Below, piece by piece: positions 59,998-64,000 of a stretch of 64,000 bases of DNA. Under the pieces are notes generated by a model. That model worked only from the letters and a program-made list of their open reading frames with translations. It made no database searches and was not told where the DNA came from. Location: the NCBI GenBank assembly GCA_024763535.1, contig JANTFH010000006.1:7438-71437 (forward strand). Reading direction: 5' to 3'. Source of the stretch: Thermodesulfobacteriota bacterium (lineage in GTDB: Bacteria; Desulfobacterota; Anaeroferrophillalia; Anaeroferrophillales; Tharpellaceae). A program made the position numbers and the translations under genes. Position 1 is the stretch's first letter; every line of letters begins with the position of its first letter.

Positions 59998-62013
59998 ATG
60001 AACAACCCTTCAACTCTCCCTCTAGCCACTCTTTTTGAAGGAGACCTGCCTAAGTTTCTTAAACAAATAGAACCATTCAAGCATACAAGAGACGATATCT
60101 GTAATTTTCTGACAGCTGCCCACACTTCGCTTTTTCCCGTCCCGACTCAGGAATTTGCGACTGAGCAAGATCCCGACGTTGCCGCAGCCATTATCGGACT
60201 GACTGTCGCCGCCGGATTGAACCGGGGTAATGAGCTAAGTCAGCTCAACCCTTATCATGAGAAGATTAAGGAACTGCTCACCGAAACAAAACTTTCGCCA
60301 ACCGCCAGGGCTTTCCTGCTTTTGCATCAAGCCCAGATTGAACTGATCGTCCACGGCGACCTGACGCAGGCGGAGTCCACCTTCAGAAAGCAGCAGTTGG
60401 CCGCCGAGAAAGCGGCATCTTCATCACTCAAGCTGCTGGGTGCCGCTTTTTATGCTTACTGTCTCACCTGGTCCGGCGATTTAGCTCAGGCCGAAATAAT
60501 TCTCAAGGACAGCGCCCCGTTGCTCGTGAAAGAGGGGCTGCCGCCGCCGGCCATAATGCAATTTCAGATAAGCAACGGCTTGATCAGTGCCCTCTGTGGA
60601 CAGACATCAGAGGGTTTTAAGTCGCTCTCGACATTAGTTGAACACCCCGGTTTTACCAACACTCCACCAACCATACAGTTGTTGACCCTGGGGCACCTGC
60701 TTGATACCAGAATCATTATCGGCAACCTCGACGAAATCGAAAGAAATGCAGAGATGATTCGTGCTCTGGCAATTCCTGACAACAACAATTTCTACCGTAG
60801 CCACCTCCATTTCAACCTGGGCATGGCGGCCCTCAGTCTAGGCCGTCCTCACAAGGCCTTACGCCACAGCGAAGAAGCCAGGTTCCGATCCGGTTTGAGC
60901 CAATCCCCAATTGCAATTCGCAGGAATGCACTATTGCACGGCCTGACCCTGGCCGATCTCGGCCGCCGAAAGGAAGCCCTGAGCCACTTGCAATCCTGGG
61001 TTAAAAACTGGCAGGAATGTAATTTTAATCTGATTGCCGCCCTCGGTTATCTTGAAATCTCCGCCATCCATGCTGCAACTGGCGATTTCGACCAGGCCCG
61101 TCTGGCCTGGAAACAGGCATACGCCCTACTCCCTCCAGGCGAAAAAATGCCATACCAATATCGACCAACGACCTTTTACGGAGAGCTTGAAGAGAAGATT
61201 TTTCCTGAAAAACGTAACTACATCAAGGAGACTGACTATTATCCGGTAAAGATCACCACTCTGGGTGAATTTTTTATAGAGATTAACCAAAAAAAGGTCT
61301 CGATTAAGGAGTGGCGTGGCCGAAAAAGCCGGAATCTGCTTTTTGCTCTGATTGCCCACGGCGGTCGCAAGGTCCCCAGAGAACAACTGGCAACTATGCT
61401 CTGGCAGGATAGTGACGGGGATCTGGCCGATAACAGTCTCAATGTTACCCTCTCGCGACTGCGCCGGATCGGTTGCGACAACGGCCACAAGCCATTTCCC
61501 TGGCTGGTGGCAAAAAACCGCATGATTTGGCTGGATAAAGATCTTTGCCGGGTGGATGCCCTGGATTTTAAGCAAGAAATCACCAAAGTCCTTAAACAGG
61601 CAAGCGGGACTCCGGCCCTGACCAGAGTTCTTGACAGTTACAGCGGCAGCTTCCTGCCGACATTCAAAGGATTGATCTGGCTCGATAAATTTCGCGATGA
61701 ATTGGCGCAACTCTACGTCCGGGGCGTGTTAGTCCGGATCGAAGAACTGCTCCATGAGAACCAGGAACGTACCGCCCTGGCTTTGCTGGCAAAGGCCAGC
61801 AGCCACGCCCCCCTCTATGAAAAAATCTGGGGCCGCCGCATGCAGATTCATATCGACAACGGAGAAGCCGCCCAGGCCCTGAGTGTCTATCGCCAGGCTG
61901 AAACCAACCTGGCCGCCAATCTTGACATCGAACCCGGCCCCCGGCTCCAGGAACTGGCCCGAATAGCCGGTAACCGGCCATCCCGCCAGGTGTGGAGTAA
62001 AGAGAAAAGATAA
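59998..62013 (+). CDS. SARP/AfsR-family-like transcriptional regulator with permuted architecture: N-terminal TPR/helical-repeat region, C-terminal OmpR-type wHTH and BTAD, no NTPase domain
   Basis: C-terminal ITTLGEFFIEINQKKVSI..RKSRNLLFALIAHGGRKVPREQLATMLWQD..LNVTLSRLRRI matches the SARP wHTH pattern, followed by BTAD-like helices. The N-terminal 400 aa are helical repeats with no Walker A. The alternative TTG start at 59980 is not excluded. Confidence 0.65.
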   Translation: MNNPSTLPLATLFEGDLPKFLKQIEPFKHTRDDICNFLTAAHTSLFPVPTQEFATEQDPDVAAAIIGLTVAAGLNRGNELSQLNPYHEKIKELLTETKLSPTARAFLLLHQAQIELIVHGDLTQAESTFRKQQLAAEKAASSSLKLLGAAFYAYCLTWSGDLAQAEIILKDSAPLLVKEGLPPPAIMQFQISNGLISALCGQTSEGFKSLSTLVEHPGFTNTPPTIQLLTLGHLLDTRIIIGNLDEIERNAEMIRALAIPDNNNFYRSHLHFNLGMAALSLGRPHKALRHSEEARFRSGLSQSPIAIRRNALLHGLTLADLGRRKEALSHLQSWVKNWQECNFNLIAALGYLEISAIHAATGDFDQARLAWKQAYALLPPGEKMPYQYRPTTFYGELEEKIFPEKRNYIKETDYYPVKITTLGEFFIEINQKKVSIKEWRGRKSRNLLFALIAHGGRKVPREQLATMLWQDSDGDLADNSLNVTLSRLRRIGCDNGHKPFPWLVAKNRMIWLDKDLCRVDALDFKQEITKVLKQASGTPALTRVLDSYSGSFLPTFKGLIWLDKFRDELAQLYVRGVLVRIEELLHENQERTALALLAKASSHAPLYEKIWGRRMQIHIDNGEAAQALSVYRQAETNLAANLDIEPGPRLQELARIAGNRPSRQVWSKEKR

Positions 62014-62115
62014 ACCCGAAACTGAAAATCCCAAAGAATGCCTCCAATCTGGAGAAATACAGCTCAATTTGAAAAACTCACTCCTATCCCAAAATGGGCT
62101 TTCCGTCATCGAGTT

Positions 62116-63342
62116 CTAACGGTTCCTACCCCAGCCCAAATCTGACCAGGATCTTATTCTCCAGGAACCGGCGTTCAAACCATCCAATTGCGTCAGGGTG
62201 GCCGGCCCTTCAATGACAATGCCTTCTACGGTTACGGTGCCCGCCGAAATCGTCAAACTCCCGTTGATCGTCGAACTGTACCCGGTATTATCACTGTAAT
62301 CCGCATTCCAACCACCTCTTAAAAAGATGTCAACATCCTCATCCAAAGTCAATTCTTCAAGGAAAAAGCCCTTTTCACCGACCCTGATTTCACTGCCGTT
62401 TGCAGACGCGGAGTAAGCCCCAAAAACCGAGCTGAAACAGGGTTTAAGACCATTACAATAGCTGTCATCACAAACATATAGAATACCGGAATCAACACCG
62501 GTTCCGGTTAGAGCGACAAGCTGCGGGGTTTCAGGATCATTGCTGGGAATAGAGAGGGTGGCGGTTTTTACGCCAAGTGATCCGGGAGTAAAAACCACCT
62601 CAACCGTCCGGCTGTTACCAGGCTCAAGCATCTCCCCGGAGCAATTATCATTTGTCAGACTGAAACATGTCGCATCAGAGCCAGTGATCACCAAAGGACC
62701 AATTACAAGATTAACATCTCCGCTATTAGTGACTTGCAAAGTTTTGCTAGAGCCGCTTCCGTCGAACTGAACCTCGGCAAAATCCAGAGATTCGTTATCA
62801 ACATCAAGAACAGGTGCTGGAGGGGTCTCTGTTTTTGTCGTGGGATCAGCGTCACGCTGAAACTCTTCAAGATCACTCAAGCCATCATTATCGCTATCGC
62901 CACTGCCGTCAGAAGCTGTCAAACTTCCGAAATAAGCCATTTCCCAAACATCAAGCATGCCATCATCATCACTGTCTTCAGTCGCCAGGTGAAGCCTGAT
63001 GATCTCCCCCATGGGTCCAACCGTCAAGGTCGCAGCGGCCGTAATTTCACCGTCGACAAAGATTTCGACCGTATCTCCCGGGCGGGCGGTACCGGGAATC
63101 TGGGGATCAAGCGAGTCAATCGGCAAGCGCAAAATATAATACGGTGCCAGCCTGGAATTCGTGGCGACACTAAAAGCGGCGATCTCAACCCCGTTGACTT
63201 TCGCGGTCACGCTGGCACTGTTCTCCCGGGCCACACCGTAAATAATATTATCCGGCTCCGGCAGCCTTGCATGAGCACTGAAAGCAAAAAAACAAATTGC
63301 AACAATAATGCTGCCGACCAAACCCACTTTAAGTATGTTCAT
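62116..63342 (-). CDS. Secreted/cell-surface protein with acidic Ca-binding (thrombospondin-type-3-like) repeats and a choice-of-anchor-D-like beta domain
   Basis: Signal peptide MNILKVGLVGSIIVAICFFAFSAHA, start moved to 63342. DSDDDGMLD...DSDNDGLSD repeats. FDGSGSSKTLQVTNSGDVNLVI motif. Confidence 0.55.
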   Translation of the reverse strand: MNILKVGLVGSIIVAICFFAFSAHARLPEPDNIIYGVARENSASVTAKVNGVEIAAFSVATNSRLAPYYILRLPIDSLDPQIPGTARPGDTVEIFVDGEITAAATLTVGPMGEIIRLHLATEDSDDDGMLDVWEMAYFGSLTASDGSGDSDNDGLSDLEEFQRDADPTTKTETPPAPVLDVDNESLDFAEVQFDGSGSSKTLQVTNSGDVNLVIGPLVITGSDATCFSLTNDNCSGEMLEPGNSRTVEVVFTPGSLGVKTATLSIPSNDPETPQLVALTGTGVDSGILYVCDDSYCNGLKPCFSSVFGAYSASANGSEIRVGEKGFFLEELTLDEDVDIFLRGGWNADYSDNTGYSSTINGSLTISAGTVTVEGIVIEGPATLTQLDGLNAGSWRIRSWSDLGWGRNR

Positions 63343-63441
63343 ACCAGCCCCCAAGCCCTTTTCACAGTTGCTTGCATCTATCAATACTCCCATTCATAAA
63401 TTACAGGTGCCCTTAGTTTAAGAGCCAGATCCCCCGCGCCG

Positions 63442-64000
63442 CTATCGAGATTTACCCGGTAATGACGGAGGGAAATTTTTTTCCGGTTGTGCAGCAGTTT
63501 TTTTCGCAGACAGCATTTCCAGGCGAATATTTTCCAGCATAACCTGATCTATCTTGACTTCAGCCGCCTGCCGCAATGACTCGACATACTTCGCCCGCTG
63601 TTCTTTGAGCTCCTGTTGCCGGATCTTTCTTGCGATACCCCGACTGACCTTAGCCAGATCAGTCTTAAATGCTGCCCTTTTGCCAATAAGTTTGATGATA
63701 TGAAAACCTTTTGCGGTTTCAATCACCTGATCCCCGACCCTGCCGTTATCCAGAGCAAAGGCAGCCTTGACCAACTCAGGCGCTATCTGACCGGGTTGAC
63801 CCCGGCGATCAAAAAAACCGGTATCGCCACGGCCGTGAGCGGGATGTGAATCCGAATATTTATTGATCAACCGGGTGAAGGCAAAACGATCTTTCGCAGC
63901 AAGCACTTCGGCCAGTACAGCTTCAGCCTTCCGCCGCTGTTTTGCCCGGTTGTTGCCGAGCGGTGCGGCAATAAATATTTCGGCCAGGCGAACCTGCTCC
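63442..64000 (-). CDS. PpiC-type (parvulin) peptidyl-prolyl isomerase, PpiD/SurA-like, 3' part; the gene starts beyond the window end
   Basis: Rotamase-domain pattern (GDQVIETAKGFHIIKL). The open frame continues past 64000. Confidence 0.55.
   Translation of the reverse strand, partial: EQVRLAEIFIAAPLGNNRAKQRRKAEAVLAEVLAAKDRFAFTRLINKYSDSHPAHGRGDTGFFDRRGQPGQIAPELVKAAFALDNGRVGDQVIETAKGFHIIKLIGKRAAFKTDLAKVSRGIARKIRQQELKEQRAKYVESLRQAAEVKIDQVMLENIRLEMLSAKKTAAQPEKNFPPSLPGKSR

Noticed and set aside
61126-62109. Minus-strand ORFs of 194, 127 and 126 aa
   Set aside because: All antisense within the SARP-like regulator gene.
1-64000. CRISPR arrays, IS elements, integrases, phage genes
   Set aside because: No regularly spaced direct repeats, no transposase, recombinase or phage-like ORFs on either strand. 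The only repeat cluster is the short GATTTCA set at 19.8 kb.

Overview
The window (about 57% GC) is a 64-kb chromosomal segment, probably from a deltaproteobacterium (Desulfuromonadales/Desulfobacterota-like). The basis is gene content: futalosine-pathway MqnA-like protein, a tetraheme cytochrome c3, NtrC-type sigma-54 regulators, and EF-G paralogs of the spirochaete/planctomycete/delta type.

Most of it is densely packed housekeeping genes, mainly on the minus strand:
- argJ (5' end only), secA, nadK, recN, pcnB, cfa, ssb, rpmB, relA/spoT, aroB, purC, purB, acnB, rlmB, ccdA, trkHA
- two EF-G paralogs
- tRNA-Pro(TGG) and tRNA-Phe(GAA)

There is no CRISPR array, transposase, integrase or phage gene.

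Two segments look accessory or remodelled:
1. 18.8-20.2 kb, next to tRNA-Pro. It holds a duplicated internal fragment of cfa, an unannotated 57-aa zinc-ribbon gene and short GATTTCA repeats.
2. 56.0-63.4 kb. A mitochondrial-type EF-G paralog is apparently co-transcribed with a small KaiC/RecA-like ATPase. This is followed by a 680-bp AT-rich gap carrying frameshifted ORF remnants, a domain-permuted SARP-like regulator (helical repeats, then wHTH, then BTAD, with no NTPase), and a secreted choice-of-anchor-D/Ca-binding protein.

Other notable items:
- a LarA homolog with the catalytic H108/H174/K184/H200 conserved, next to an FAD-linked 2-hydroxyacid oxidase but without larBCE
- a voltage-gated K+ channel fused to a C-terminal zinc ribbon
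- a DGC - PAS histidine kinase - DGC signalling module
- a 558-aa divergent PfkB-like protein
- several palindromic candidate operators and rho-independent terminators

The ORF track translates TTG/GTG starts as M. Several tracked ORFs carry spurious N-terminal extensions, and starts were corrected where the sequence supports it.

The candidate for an undescribed system is the 56.5-63.4 kb block. This is inference from domain patterns only; no search was run.
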